From IMG/VR virus record IMGVR_UViG_3300047564_004575, positions 1-64,000 of that record: a DNA stretch of 64,000 nucleotides. The stretch is one strand, 5' to 3'. Each line of letters begins with the position of its first letter. Within the stretch, counting starts at the first letter, position 1. This DNA is from a virus. Shown piece by piece: positions 1 to 9,781 of the stretch. The notes under the pieces are model-generated. The model searched no databases, was not told the DNA's origin, and saw only the letters and a list, made by a program, of their open reading frames with translations. The position numbers and the translations under genes are program-made.

Positions 1-9
1 GGTTTAGTC

Positions 10-405
10 ATGGCAAGGCAAAAGGTTGATTTAATTGGCGATTTAGCAATTCTCCGGGGGGCAACGTTTGACCTTTGGAAACCGCAACTGTCGGGCGACT
101 GGACTTTGTGGACTCCCAAGGCGGAAATTCGCACCAATTATCTATCGAGTGATGGTGAGCTTAAAGCCGGTTTCGACCATTCTGCTGCTACTTACGATGC
201 TGAGGAAGACTTAACGACGTTTAATCCTTATTTAACCCCCGCCAAAACATTGCTTTTACCGGTCACAAAATATCAGGGAGGTGATTTAGTCCCTAGCGTT
301 AAAAATTGCTTAGTTTGGGATTGGCAGATCGCACTGGGGGGCGTTGTTTATTCCCTTGCCGCTGGATTTGTGCAAGTGCAACCAGAGGTAACAGAAAATG
401 CTTGA
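10..405 (+). CDS. hypothetical virion/tail-associated protein
   Basis: ORF overlapping the next gene in a tightly packed + strand operon; function inferred from context only. Confidence 0.5.
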   Translation: MARQKVDLIGDLAILRGATFDLWKPQLSGDWTLWTPKAEIRTNYLSSDGELKAGFDHSAATYDAEEDLTTFNPYLTPAKTLLLPVTKYQGGDLVPSVKNCLVWDWQIALGGVVYSLAAGFVQVQPEVTENA

Positions 406-670
406 TTTCCTGACCCCGACCTATACCCGTCTGGCTATTTCCCCAGCTAAAACGGCGATCGCCAATCCTAGTCCTACAGTGAATTTGGTTTTTGATGATT
501 TAAATATCCCCCAATTCCTAACAGACGATTTGGCTATTGACGCACTCGCAGGAAATCAAGCCTATCAATTAATTGTTAGTCGGGTAGTCAAGGTTACGCC
601 TACTGGTTTGACGTCTAATATTTGGGCTAACTTTAGCAAGGCATTTAGTTATATTCGGAGGGCATTCTAA
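398..670 (+). CDS. hypothetical protein
   Basis: Translationally coupled to both neighbours (TAATG at 668-672). Confidence 0.55.
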   Translation: MLDFLTPTYTRLAISPAKTAIANPSPTVNLVFDDLNIPQFLTDDLAIDALAGNQAYQLIVSRVVKVTPTGLTSNIWANFSKAFSYIRRAF

Positions 671-1833
671 TGGCTAATTTACAGGCGATCGGGTTTGATG
701 GGGAAACAATAATCCATCTGTTAGCCGATGGGACAGGGACAGACCTTGACCCATTTGTTAGCAAATTTGCGTTAACTGAGGGGACTATAACGGCGATCGC
801 CAATGTAATTCCTGAGTTTGTTTTTGACGGCGATCGGTTAAGGGTTTTGACTGAATTAAGCCAACCCTTAACCCTGACGGAATTAGAGGGAATTACTGTT
901 AACGTCTCCGAACAAAACCCCCTAAGTTTGTCAGGAATCGAGTCCATTCTAACGGAGCTAACATTTCTTGCAGATAGATTAAAGGTTGATGCCAATGTCA
1001 CTTTACCTAATACTTATCCTGTTTCTGGTTCTGTCAATGTTGATAATTTCCCTGCTTCCCAACCCGTAACAGGGAATTTTTATCCTGCTACGCAATCGGT
1101 TAGTTTTGGATCTCTCCCTACGGGTACAAACATTATTGGCGGGATTAGTAACACGTCCTTTGGTGCAAGTCAGTCTGGTAATTGGGCAGTTGGGATTAAC
1201 AACTACAGTGATTTAGCTACGTTGTTAGCTAACACAACTCTTCAAGCGGATGTTTCGGGTAACTTTGAACTTGATAAAACCGGACTTGCGACAGACACAA
1301 ATCAAGCTACGATTAACACGACCCTATTGTCAATTAACAATAATATTCCGACGTTAGAATCGGGTCGAACCCCAGTTGTTTTATCATCAGCTCAGATTAC
1401 AGCGTTAACGCCACCTACGACTGTTACAGCAAATTTGGGCACTATTGCCGGAGTTGCCACCGCAGCTAATCAGTCAACAATTATTGGGCATATTGACGGT
1501 ATTGAATCAGCGTTGGCGGGAACAATTAGAAATAATCCAGTCAATGCCAGTACCCCAACTTTAACTAACGCCGCCAGTAGTGCTACTTCGGTTACGTTAA
1601 TAGCGGCAAATGCTAACAGAAAAACATTGATTATTGTTAATGATTCCACTGCAACGCTTTACTTGAAGTTTGACGCTAGTATCGCCTCAACTACTAGCTA
1701 CTCTCATGTTTTGCCCCCAATAATCAACGGTATCCCCTATGTTTTATCACTTAATGGCAGCGATTACTCAGGGGAAATAAGAGGTATTTGGTCAAGTGCT
1801 AATGGATTTGCACGAATTACGGAGATTGTCTGA
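670..1833 (+). CDS. putative tail fibre/structural protein
   Basis: T/S/N/G-rich low-charge sequence; C-terminal beta-rich domain (ANANRKTLIIVNDS...YSGEIRGIW) typical of phage structural proteins. Confidence 0.55.
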   Translation: MANLQAIGFDGETIIHLLADGTGTDLDPFVSKFALTEGTITAIANVIPEFVFDGDRLRVLTELSQPLTLTELEGITVNVSEQNPLSLSGIESILTELTFLADRLKVDANVTLPNTYPVSGSVNVDNFPASQPVTGNFYPATQSVSFGSLPTGTNIIGGISNTSFGASQSGNWAVGINNYSDLATLLANTTLQADVSGNFELDKTGLATDTNQATINTTLLSINNNIPTLESGRTPVVLSSAQITALTPPTTVTANLGTIAGVATAANQSTIIGHIDGIESALAGTIRNNPVNASTPTLTNAASSATSVTLIAANANRKTLIIVNDSTATLYLKFDASIASTTSYSHVLPPIINGIPYVLSLNGSDYSGEIRGIWSSANGFARITEIV

Positions 1834-2249
1834 TGACCATTCAAGTTTTTATCCCGCCATCAACTACAAGTGCATCTAGGGATTCAGTAACGCTAGCAAC
1901 TCCCGATTTAGCAGCAAGTCAAACCGTTTTGACGACTGTAACCCTGCCAAAAAGTTGTATTTTGCTGTCCGTATTTTTCACTAAAAAAACATGGCTTAGA
2001 CTTTACAATCGTCAAGACCACGCTATCGCTGATCAGTCACGACTTCGCACCGTAGATCCCAGTTCTGGGAGTGGAGTAATGCTGGAAATTATTAATATAT
2101 TTGATAGCAATTTAATTAGTTTATCTCCCTTAGTTCCTATTAGTAACATGGAAAACACCCCGACTAACACTTATTATCTGAGAGTTACTAATGACAGTAA
2201 CACCACAGGTATTTCTATCACATTTAATTATTTAATAACTGAGGTTTAA
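1833..2249 (+). CDS. putative tail-associated protein
   Basis: Coupled ORF (TGATG), beta-strand-rich composition. Confidence 0.5.
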   Translation: MTIQVFIPPSTTSASRDSVTLATPDLAASQTVLTTVTLPKSCILLSVFFTKKTWLRLYNRQDHAIADQSRLRTVDPSSGSGVMLEIINIFDSNLISLSPLVPISNMENTPTNTYYLRVTNDSNTTGISITFNYLITEV

Positions 2250-3137
2250 ATGGTTGCTACAAAAACTCAAGGAAGTTTTAACGGGTCTACGTTAGCCGGG
2301 GCGCAGGCAGGGCTTGCAGAAATGTTCGCCGCCGCTGGTTATCCTACTCCGTTACAAAATTACACCGCAGGAACCCCCTACGAATTAATTTATCAATTTG
2401 ATAACGGCACTGGAACCTACGCAAACTGCTTTCACCGCTTTTCGTTGAGTAGTGCTAATGCGACCACAATTGCTTTTAATAACATTTCAGTTTTAACTAG
2501 TTGGAATACAACCACTAGAACAGGTGCGAACGGATCAACCTTTCCTGCGTGGTCTACTAGCGGAGTTTACACAACTGCCAGCATTTCTTATACAGCTTAT
2601 GCCGACAACAACAATAAGTATGGACTAGTTTTGTTTGTGCCTAATTCAAGCACAAATATTATTTTAGGATTTGGGTTTATAAAAGTAGAATCAAGAATCA
2701 GCGGATTTACTGAAAATATTTGTCCCTCTACGTTTTTACTGTCATTTGTCGGTGGGAATATTGGGGCTGCCATAACTACAGCTTACACCGCTAGTACGGC
2801 ACAATGGACGACGATTGGGTCGGCTGTAAAATTTGGCAATGATGCTAACCCTGTCGATCCTTTTGCTTACAATCCAATTACCTACACGACCCGTAGCCAC
2901 TGGACAGCGGGTACAAAGAGTATTCCGTCTGTGCAATCAACTAATAGCTTGGGTGGGTATAACGTATTTAACCCACTCATTATTAGCAATGCGGGCGCAG
3001 TTATTGGAACTGCGCCAACGGATTTAGTTCAGGGACCGTTAATTGGGACTAACAACCCTGGCGACCGGCTTATTGTGACCCAAGGCGTAGAGGAATATGA
3101 GCATCTAGGAGCCGCGCTATGGGTACGGATGGTGTGA
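2250..3137 (+). CDS. putative tail/receptor-binding protein
   Basis: T/G/S/N-rich 295-aa ORF with GAGG RBS, in structural operon. Confidence 0.5.
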   Translation: MVATKTQGSFNGSTLAGAQAGLAEMFAAAGYPTPLQNYTAGTPYELIYQFDNGTGTYANCFHRFSLSSANATTIAFNNISVLTSWNTTTRTGANGSTFPAWSTSGVYTTASISYTAYADNNNKYGLVLFVPNSSTNIILGFGFIKVESRISGFTENICPSTFLLSFVGGNIGAAITTAYTASTAQWTTIGSAVKFGNDANPVDPFAYNPITYTTRSHWTAGTKSIPSVQSTNSLGGYNVFNPLIISNAGAVIGTAPTDLVQGPLIGTNNPGDRLIVTQGVEEYEHLGAALWVRMV

Positions 3138-3138
3138 T

Positions 3139-3330
3139 ATGGCGAATTTTAATGGTGTTAGTTTAGCGGCAAATATTACCCCCAAAGTTGGCTTTGCTAA
3201 AGCTATGCTTAGCCAAGGGCAAACGCCCTTACTTGCCTTTGTGGCTTCAGTTAAAGTGGGTGATATTTCTGGTGGGTCATCAATTCAATCTCGCCCAACT
3301 TCTGGGCAAATTATACCGAGGAATTTTTGA
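3139..3330 (+). CDS. small hypothetical protein
   Basis: Fills the gap between coupled ORFs. Confidence 0.5.
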   Translation: MANFNGVSLAANITPKVGFAKAMLSQGQTPLLAFVASVKVGDISGGSSIQSRPTSGQIIPRNF

Positions 3331-3896
3331 TGCTAGAAATTGAACTTGATTTTACAGTAGAAGCCTTTTATGGGGAGATTAGCTCTGTTTTTTTAGCGTC
3401 GGAAGTCATCGAAGATCGTTCACCAACTATCAAAAAAATCACGGTAATCACTTCATTTTCTCCCTATGCAGAGGAGGAAATGTTTTTACTTAATGATCCA
3501 GAGGTGACTACTATTGATGCGGTAAAAGCTTATTACGCTAATAGTAGAAACAATGGACTAAGTGAAATTCCTATTATTAGTCTACCAATTATCGAAACGC
3601 CCCCGCCTGATTGGGATGGGCTTTACCAGACGTTGATGGTGTCTAGTGTTTACTATACATTGGTGGGCCTAGGTGAACAAATTGATGCTGTTGATGGTGC
3701 GCTAGATAAAACAATCGACGCAATTCAGTATGGAATATTTAAACCGGATTCTGTTGCTGCCATGCCTGCTTTTCAATCAGCAATTAACTTACTTTTGCTG
3801 AGGCTAACAAATAGCGAACTTGAATTGTCTACTGAACAAATTGCAGAGGTTAGAGGTGTTTTAGACACCAATGGGTTTAATTCTATTCAGTTATAA
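3327..3896 (+). CDS. hypothetical protein (possible tail fibre assembly factor)
   Basis: Acidic 189-aa ORF after the fibre-like genes; function is inference. Confidence 0.45.
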   Translation: MMLEIELDFTVEAFYGEISSVFLASEVIEDRSPTIKKITVITSFSPYAEEEMFLLNDPEVTTIDAVKAYYANSRNNGLSEIPIISLPIIETPPPDWDGLYQTLMVSSVYYTLVGLGEQIDAVDGALDKTIDAIQYGIFKPDSVAAMPAFQSAINLLLLRLTNSELELSTEQIAEVRGVLDTNGFNSIQL

Positions 3897-3929
3897 TATA
3901 ACTGTAGGCTTACACGAGGTTTATTTTTT

Positions 3930-4391
3930 ATGACTATTTCCAACGCTGAAAAATTCGGACTTAATCGCATGATTGCCGGTTATATCCAGATGCAAAAACA
4001 ACTCCCCAAATTTGTCGATATTACAGAAGAGATGGCCGCGCTAGGCGCTGAAATCGAAGCATTGAAACCCCTGCTACCCGTTAAAGGTGAAGTTTTGTAC
4101 GCTGAGGGCGATCGTGATGAAATTACCACTCAACAAATCAAGGTGGGGACTTTTGTAAACGCCATTAGTGGCAGCAATATGTTTAAAGTCCCCAATGTCC
4201 CCCGCAACTTTGCTAATGGCATCCGTGAGGTGTTGTCTGGGTCGCTGAAATTTAACGCTTTTGGGGAAGAAGGAGATATCCAACTAACAAAAATTGGTGA
4301 AGCTTTAAAAGCGTTAGCGATGAAATTGATTACTAATTGTGGCGATCAAGAAGTAATTGATTTTTACGTTAACCTGGACGCAAAGCTATAG
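3930..4391 (+). CDS. hypothetical protein (possible head completion protein)
   Basis: 153-aa ORF with GAGG RBS, followed by a terminator. Confidence 0.45.
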   Translation: MTISNAEKFGLNRMIAGYIQMQKQLPKFVDITEEMAALGAEIEALKPLLPVKGEVLYAEGDRDEITTQQIKVGTFVNAISGSNMFKVPNVPRNFANGIREVLSGSLKFNAFGEEGDIQLTKIGEALKALAMKLITNCGDQEVIDFYVNLDAKL

Positions 4392-4417
4392 ATTATTTTA
4401 GCTCTTAGTCTTTCATT

Positions 4418-4446
4418 AACCGGAGATATTATTCTCCGGTTTTTTG
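4418..4446 (+). terminator. Rho-independent terminator
   Basis: AACCGGAGA-tattat-TCTCCGGTT hairpin followed by a T-run. Confidence 0.75.
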
Positions 4447-4644
4447 CGAATCTCTCACCATATAACCTGCGATCGCCCCTACCGCTACTTTAACAACATC
4501 ACCGGCAATAGAGACTGACTCGGCATTTTGCCACGGTTGACTACTCAACCAAATGATTAAAACAGCAACAATTAAAACTATAGGAACATAATCACGAAAC
4601 ATTTTTAAAATACAGTTATTATTTGTATCTTAGGCAAACAAACA

Positions 4645-5277
4645 ATGGTCATTAACTTACAGCGTCGAGATGCCAGTCATAGCTACGTAGAAGGCAAGCG
4701 ATATCACGTTACACCTATCGGGGAATTACCGGGCGTTACAACCATTTTAAGCGTCACCAATGGGCATAGTTTTAAACAATGGCGTGATAATAATCCCGAA
4801 GAATCTCAACGCTGTTTAAATCGTGGTTTAGCATTGCATGATGCGTGTGAGCGTTACTTTGATTATTTGAAAATGCCCGCGTCATCAAAATTATTTAACA
4901 AGCTTTACAAAGATATTTTGAAAGACGTTCAATGTGTCGTAACAGAGCATCAAGTTTATTCCCGTCTAGGCTTTTCAGGTAGTTTAGATTGCTTAGGTTA
5001 TTGGCATAATCAGTTAACTTTATTTGATTGGAAAACATCAACTAAACGCAAAACACCCAGTCAAGTTGTAGATTATCTTTTGCAAGTTTCTGCCTATGCC
5101 TATGCCCTTAATGAATTAGATGGCATTACAGTCAATAAGGCAGCGGTGGTTATAATCTCAGAAGAGTTAGAACGCTGTCAATTGTTTGAATTGAATGGTG
5201 ATTTAATTAATACTTACTTTGCAGAATTTGAGAAACGCTTAAAATGGTTTCAATCACGAACGGCGATCGCATCTTAA
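4645..5277 (+). CDS. PD-(D/E)XK exonuclease (phage Cas4/MGME1-like)
   Basis: PGVTTIL, RGLALH, GSLDCLG...LFDWKTS and YLLQVSAY motifs. Confidence 0.8.
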   Translation: MVINLQRRDASHSYVEGKRYHVTPIGELPGVTTILSVTNGHSFKQWRDNNPEESQRCLNRGLALHDACERYFDYLKMPASSKLFNKLYKDILKDVQCVVTEHQVYSRLGFSGSLDCLGYWHNQLTLFDWKTSTKRKTPSQVVDYLLQVSAYAYALNELDGITVNKAAVVIISEELERCQLFELNGDLINTYFAEFEKRLKWFQSRTAIAS

Positions 5278-5666
5278 CATCCGCTAGACAATGGATAGGT
5301 ACACCATGGCGACATAATCAAAAATGCAAGGGTCACGGTGTCGATTGCGTTCGATTCATTGAAGCTGTGTTTAAAGACGATTTGGGTTATCAATTTGGCA
5401 ATATTGATAAGTATGCTAGAATACCCGAAGATGATGCCTTGCTGATGTTCCTTGAAGATAATGGTTTGCTTAAACAAATCCCCTTAACTGATATTCAGTC
5501 AGGGGATCTTTTGTTATTTAGACTAGGTGAAATCCCTTACCATTTAGGTATTAGCAATGGGACTGGAATGATTCACGCTGATAGTAATCATGGTGTTATT
5601 GAGGTTGACAGTTTAGGACGGATGGAAAAACGATTAATTGCTAGTTTTCAAGTAATCCATAATTAA
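5244..5666 (+). CDS. NlpC/P60 family tail-associated peptidase
   Basis: ARQWIGTPWRH...GVDC (catalytic Cys), GDLLLF, HLGI, MIHA. Confidence 0.88.
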   Translation: MVSITNGDRILTSARQWIGTPWRHNQKCKGHGVDCVRFIEAVFKDDLGYQFGNIDKYARIPEDDALLMFLEDNGLLKQIPLTDIQSGDLLLFRLGEIPYHLGISNGTGMIHADSNHGVIEVDSLGRMEKRLIASFQVIHN

Positions 5667-6089
5667 TTGATTGACCAGTTTTGATTGGCTAATGCCCTGA
5701 GTTTTAGCCGTTGATTCCAACAACTCAATAGCTTCACCCGTTAGGGTAAAACTTTTATTAGAAGTTAGATTCTCTGGCTTTGTTTGACGATTAAATCGTT
5801 GTCTACAAATGCGACAATTAACTTTTTCAATGTCATCACTAAATAAAGGACTAACGGCACGTTTGGCGGCGGGGCAAAAGTCAGGGGCTAAAGAATAATG
5901 AATAGGATTATCTATTTTTTCGTCATCAACAACCCCATCTAATCCATAGCCCTTACCACAATTGACACATTTTACCCGTTGTCTACCGGCTCTATCAGTG
6001 CCCTTTTTAATGTATTTAGTCTCGCCACAATGGGGACAAGTCATCTCGTATGCCTCCGATATATTATCTATATCATAGGGCAAATTCAC
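5634..6089 (-). CDS. Zn-ribbon (InsA-like) protein with C-terminal ribbon-helix-helix
   Basis: CPHCG...KKG...GRQRVKCVNC; C-terminal KSFTLT...GISQSKLVNQLI. Confidence 0.6.
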   Translation of the reverse strand: MNLPYDIDNISEAYEMTCPHCGETKYIKKGTDRAGRQRVKCVNCGKGYGLDGVVDDEKIDNPIHYSLAPDFCPAAKRAVSPLFSDDIEKVNCRICRQRFNRQTKPENLTSNKSFTLTGEAIELLESTAKTQGISQSKLVNQLIMDYLKTSN

Positions 6090-6307
6090 ATACCCATCCC
6101 CTTTTTAAGTTGTCTTGACCGTCTCTTACGCTCTATTGCATCCATAGGGCGATCGCCAATAGGCTTCCTCCCTTTCTTTTGGCGACCTGGAGTAAAGGTC
6201 TTTTTACAGGATTGTGAATGGCAGATATAACGGATATTGCCACTTTTGAGATGCTCATGAATGCCAGTGCTAGACCCGCACGTAGGACATGGTGGGTTAT
6301 TGTTCAT
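6086..6307 (-). CDS. small Zn-ribbon (InsA-like) protein
   Basis: CPTCGS...RYICHSQSCKKTFT followed by a basic tail. Confidence 0.6.
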   Translation of the reverse strand: MNNNPPCPTCGSSTGIHEHLKSGNIRYICHSQSCKKTFTPGRQKKGRKPIGDRPMDAIERKRRSRQLKKGMGM

Positions 6308-6387
6308 TTGCTTAACTTTAATATTTTGACATATTATAGCACTGTATATTGTGCTTGTCTGCTAAGATAATATGAGTTAAGCAATCT

Positions 6388-6594
6388 TTGAACATTATGC
6401 CAAATCACACCACCTACGTTTTGGATGCCGTTGATACGATGACAGAAGCTGCCGATATGGGAGTTAGTCCAGAGTCAAAAGCAATACTTAAGAGCATCCG
6501 TAAAACCTATAAAAGTGATGTCGTTACCGATGCCTACGAACTCCTATCGGAACCTGTAAGAGCGATTCTCCATAAAATCATGGAGAGTAAATAG
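6388..6594 (+). CDS. hypothetical protein
   Basis: ORF immediately upstream of 6596. Confidence 0.5.
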   Translation: MNIMPNHTTYVLDAVDTMTEAADMGVSPESKAILKSIRKTYKSDVVTDAYELLSEPVRAILHKIMESK

Positions 6595-6595
6595 T

Positions 6596-7264
6596 ATGGG
6601 ATGGAATCATGAAGAAACTGAATTGCTAAAGTCATTGGCGGGAAAAGTCCCTACTGATGATATTGCGAGGCAATTAAATCGAACCTATAGTTCTGTCATC
6701 CATAAAGCATCTTCCTTAAAAGTTAGTTTGTTAATTCCTGTTAGTTGGACTAACGAAGAATTAGATGTCTTAAGAGAGTTAGCCGGTACGTGTACAGCGA
6801 AACAGATTGGTGAACAGATTGGCAAAAATGCCAATGCTGTCAGGGTACAGGCTAGCAAAATAAAGATTAGTTTAAAGCGTCCTTTTTGGACTGATGATGA
6901 ACTAATGCAATTAGAACTATGGGCGGGGGAATTACCGCCTGAAGTAATCGCCCATAGACTTAATAAAAAAGTCCCCACAGTTAGACAGCAAGCCTATCGC
7001 ATGGGGTTATCTTTACGATTGGAGGTCGATTATTTTGACATTAAGACTCTCAGTGAATTAATAGGAGTAGGACGGTTTGTAATCACTAAATGGGTACAAG
7101 ACGGCAAGCTATCAGCCTATCGAACATCTATTAGCAAAAAATCAATCCATCGCATTACCAGACGACAATTTACTAACTTTTATCGTAAATACAAAAACCA
7201 CATCCCAGCATTACAATCCATTGACCCCGAACGATTGGAGTATGTTTTGAATGAGAAAAATTAA
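6596..7264 (+). CDS. Myb/SANT-like repeat HTH DNA-binding protein
   Basis: Three W(T/N)xEE/DE...L...IA..L.R/K repeats plus a C-terminal excisionase-like HTH. Confidence 0.7.
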   Translation: MGWNHEETELLKSLAGKVPTDDIARQLNRTYSSVIHKASSLKVSLLIPVSWTNEELDVLRELAGTCTAKQIGEQIGKNANAVRVQASKIKISLKRPFWTDDELMQLELWAGELPPEVIAHRLNKKVPTVRQQAYRMGLSLRLEVDYFDIKTLSELIGVGRFVITKWVQDGKLSAYRTSISKKSIHRITRRQFTNFYRKYKNHIPALQSIDPERLEYVLNEKN

Positions 7265-7640
7265 TCGACGGTGGACACAGGAAGAAACTCTATTGTTAGA
7301 ACTTTGGGCTGGGGAAGTACCTACAGAATTAATCGCCAAAAGATTACAGAGAACCAAACAATCTGTCACTGGCAAAGCCGTCTGTATGGGTATTAAACTA
7401 AAGCCCGAAAGTAACAATTTCTCCCTTTGCACATTAGCCAGGTTGATAGGGTGTGATCATGGCGCTTTTAGTTATTGGTTAAAGAAAGGGGAATTAATCG
7501 GACGTAAAACATCTAAAGGTCGTAGCGGGGGTACTTACCGTGTTAAACGTGAAAACTTTAAGCAGTTCTACTTAAGTCACCCCAGGTTAAGCATTTTTAA
7601 AGGCGTTGACCCAGATGTTATCAAATACTTAATTGGCTGA
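7251..7640 (+). CDS. Myb-like/HTH DNA-binding protein, paralogue of the upstream gene
   Basis: WTQEETLLLELWAGEVPTELIAKRL matches WTDDELMQLELWAGELPPEVIAHRL. Confidence 0.7.
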   Translation: MRKINRRWTQEETLLLELWAGEVPTELIAKRLQRTKQSVTGKAVCMGIKLKPESNNFSLCTLARLIGCDHGAFSYWLKKGELIGRKTSKGRSGGTYRVKRENFKQFYLSHPRLSIFKGVDPDVIKYLIG

Positions 7641-8375
7641 TTTTAATTTACTACGAATACCCTCAAACCCCATAATGACATCCTTGTTAGTCTCTGACCG
7701 TAGGATGTCGTTTTTGTTGAGATTAATCACAGCAAAGATATCCTTAAACTCTTTGCACACCAACTCAAACGCATCAAATTCCTTACTAAAAATATCCCGT
7801 TGTCCGGTAAAGTCACCGGCTAAAACTAATCGTGAGCATTCTGTACGACGGGTCATAACAGTTTCTAAGGCAATTAAATCACAGTTCTGAGCTTCATCAC
7901 AAAATAAAAACGTTCTCAATGGCGATCGCCCTCGAATACTTTCAATGTCACTGGCTTCAATCCTGCCACTGTCCAGGTAAAAAGCTAGCTCATACGGGTT
8001 CAAAATCGCCTCTAGGTTGTCTCGGATGGGATTAAGCCACCCTGATAACTTATCGGCTTTCTCCCCCGGTAAAGACCCCAATTGTGGCTCGTTAGGGCGC
8101 TCAATGCGTTGACGGATATATAGGAACTTATCGAACATTCCATGGTCAATCAAAGCTAATCCCGTTTGGAGTGCAAGGAATGTTTTTAGGCTACCGGCTG
8201 GGCCATTGATTATCGTGATGGGATTGTTACGGATAGCACCAATAACCCGGTGGTGATTAGCGGTCAATCGCTTAAATGTCTTGGGGGATTTTGTCCCAAT
8301 CTCTACCACGTTATCGAACTCGTCATGTTGAAACTCGCGTCTTGACCGTTGCCGTTGCCGTCCCATAAAGATCAC
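7629..8375 (-). CDS. phoH: PhoH-like ATPase
   Basis: GPAGSLKT Walker A, LGSLPG, RGRS, DEAQN, LAGD...QRD. Confidence 0.9.
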   Translation of the reverse strand: MIFMGRQRQRSRREFQHDEFDNVVEIGTKSPKTFKRLTANHHRVIGAIRNNPITIINGPAGSLKTFLALQTGLALIDHGMFDKFLYIRQRIERPNEPQLGSLPGEKADKLSGWLNPIRDNLEAILNPYELAFYLDSGRIEASDIESIRGRSPLRTFLFCDEAQNCDLIALETVMTRRTECSRLVLAGDFTGQRDIFSKEFDAFELVCKEFKDIFAVINLNKNDILRSETNKDVIMGFEGIRSKLKSAN

Positions 8376-8410
8376 CAGTAGAAGGTTAATAACATCCTAA
8401 TTTTGAGTTT

Positions 8411-8482
8411 TTGCAGTCTCCTGAAGTTTCTAAAGTATATGCAACACTTTCTACAACCCTTACGGGGCAAGGATTTCAGGTT
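8411..8482 (-). repeat. dispersed ~72-bp intergenic element, copy 1
   Basis: TTGCAGTCTCCTGAAGTTTCTAAAGTATATGCAACAC...CCCTTACGGGGCAAGGATTT; reverse orientation relative to copies 3-7. Confidence 0.85.
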
Positions 8483-8498
8483 ATTTTATGGGTAGGGG

Positions 8499-8550
8499 TT
8501 ATATGTCACTTAATAGTGTGTTATGATGTATATCATTGAAGCAAACAGGC
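8499..8550 (+). promoter_or_regulatory. conserved phage promoter with CAC-N9-GTG operator-like core
   Basis: TTATAT-17-TATGAT, GTCACTTAATAGTGTG, downstream AAGCAAACA. Confidence 0.55.
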
Positions 8551-8562
8551 ACAGGTAAAATT

Positions 8563-8709
8563 ATGGAAACGATAACTATTCTCAATGACACAGCCGACTG
8601 CCAGGAAGACGATTACGACATCTATAGCGATGTTCTGAGATTGCAAGGCATGGGACTGCTAGATAAAGATGGGATGCCAACTGATGCCTTTTTTGAATGG
8701 TGCGACTAA
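8563..8709 (+). CDS. small acidic hypothetical protein (48 aa, not in ORF track)
   Basis: ATG at 8563 after AGGT RBS: METITILNDTADCQEDDY...FEWCD*; downstream of the conserved promoter. Confidence 0.55.
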   Translation: METITILNDTADCQEDDYDIYSDVLRLQGMGLLDKDGMPTDAFFEWCD

Positions 8710-8775
8710 AGGCTAAATTAAATAAAACATCTTAAACCCTGTCATTTATTTGATGGGGTTTTATGATAGGGATAG
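8694..8775 (+). repeat. ~82-bp direct repeat, copy 1 (copy 2 at 9644-9726)
   Basis: TGAATGGTGCGA..AAAGGCTAAATTAAATAAAACATCTTAAACCC...GGGTTTTATGATAGGGATAG at both sites. Confidence 0.9.
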
Positions 8776-8831
8776 AAGTGCCCCCAGCGCAAACTGGAGG
8801 ACTTTAACACTAAGCCTATTAAGGAGGCAAA

Positions 8832-9632
8832 ATGTCTAAAGCTATTGTAAGTTGCGATATCCGTTCATTGATTGACCAATGGATGCAAGCTGAGCAGGAC
8901 GGGGAACAGTTCCCAGTGCCATTGCATGATTACTGGATGATTTCCGGTCATAACAAAAAACAAGATGCCATTTTATTGCTGGAATCCATACTAGATAAGG
9001 GTTCTGATTATTTACGGTCAACCGTAAAAAATGGAAAACGAGGTCGTCCCACTTATACTTACTTTGTTACCTGCGATGCCTTGAAGCATTGGGCGTTAGC
9101 AAGTCAAACGGAGGAAGGTCGCTTAATCCGTCAATACTTTATTGAGTCGGAAAAGAAATGGAAGCTAGTTGAAAAGGTCGATCCAGTCTTTGCCCAGCAA
9201 ATTGAGATAATGAAGTTACAAGCTGAAATATCACGAAATAATCGCATTATCAGCGACAATCAGCGATACCTAACGGACAAGCATGACCTGATTCGAGAAT
9301 TACATGGTTCTCAGATGTTAGCACTGATCCAAGGTCGTCCTGATGCGGTTGTAGAGAAAATCGAAAAGGTTACTGAGACTGTTATTTGCCGCGATGGTCG
9401 TAACGTGTCCTTTGTCGGTAAATCAACGGCTGAGCTAGGCAAAGAACTAGGATTCAAGACAGGCAAAGAATTAGAGCGTTGGCTAACCCAACACAAACGC
9501 CAAGACCTAATCTGCGAGGGTTTACGTGCTGTGCAAGCTCCCTATATTCCCTCGGAGCACATCCAAGAAGTTAAGCGGTTATGGTCACAGACTCGCAAGA
9601 CTAACGGAACTCAGTTAATGCTAGGCGAATAA
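8832..9632 (+). CDS. antirepressor-like protein (AntA/AntB-type N-terminus)
   Basis: GRPTYTYFVTCDALKHWAL...EGRLIRQYFIESEK. Confidence 0.7.
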   Translation: MSKAIVSCDIRSLIDQWMQAEQDGEQFPVPLHDYWMISGHNKKQDAILLLESILDKGSDYLRSTVKNGKRGRPTYTYFVTCDALKHWALASQTEEGRLIRQYFIESEKKWKLVEKVDPVFAQQIEIMKLQAEISRNNRIISDNQRYLTDKHDLIRELHGSQMLALIQGRPDAVVEKIEKVTETVICRDGRNVSFVGKSTAELGKELGFKTGKELERWLTQHKRQDLICEGLRAVQAPYIPSEHIQEVKRLWSQTRKTNGTQLMLGE

Positions 9633-9643
9633 ATCTATCACCC

Positions 9644-9726
9644 TGAATGGTGCGATTAAAAGGCTAAATTAAATAAAACATCTTAAACCCCATCAAACGA
9701 ATGACAGGGTTTTATGATAGGGATAG
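9644..9726 (+). repeat. ~82-bp direct repeat, copy 2
   Basis: Matches 8694-8775, with the 16-nt hairpin interior inverted. Confidence 0.9.
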
Positions 9727-9781
9727 CCGGTCGCGGATCGCAGTCCCACCGGATGTAACTTTACCCTTGGAGTAAGTCACC

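Noticed and set aside
4645-5277. Cas4 as part of a CRISPR or RAMP locus
   Set aside because: Lacks the Fe-S cysteines, lies 22 kb away, and is a common stand-alone phage exonuclease
5634-6307. IS1 element
   Set aside because: Only InsA-like Zn ribbons; no DDE transposase or terminal inverted repeats recognised
8031-8049. Self-target of tract A in phoH (TTA TCA GGG TGG versus TT TC GG TG)
   Set aside because: Only four consecutive dinucleotides match, which is expected by chance in 64 kb
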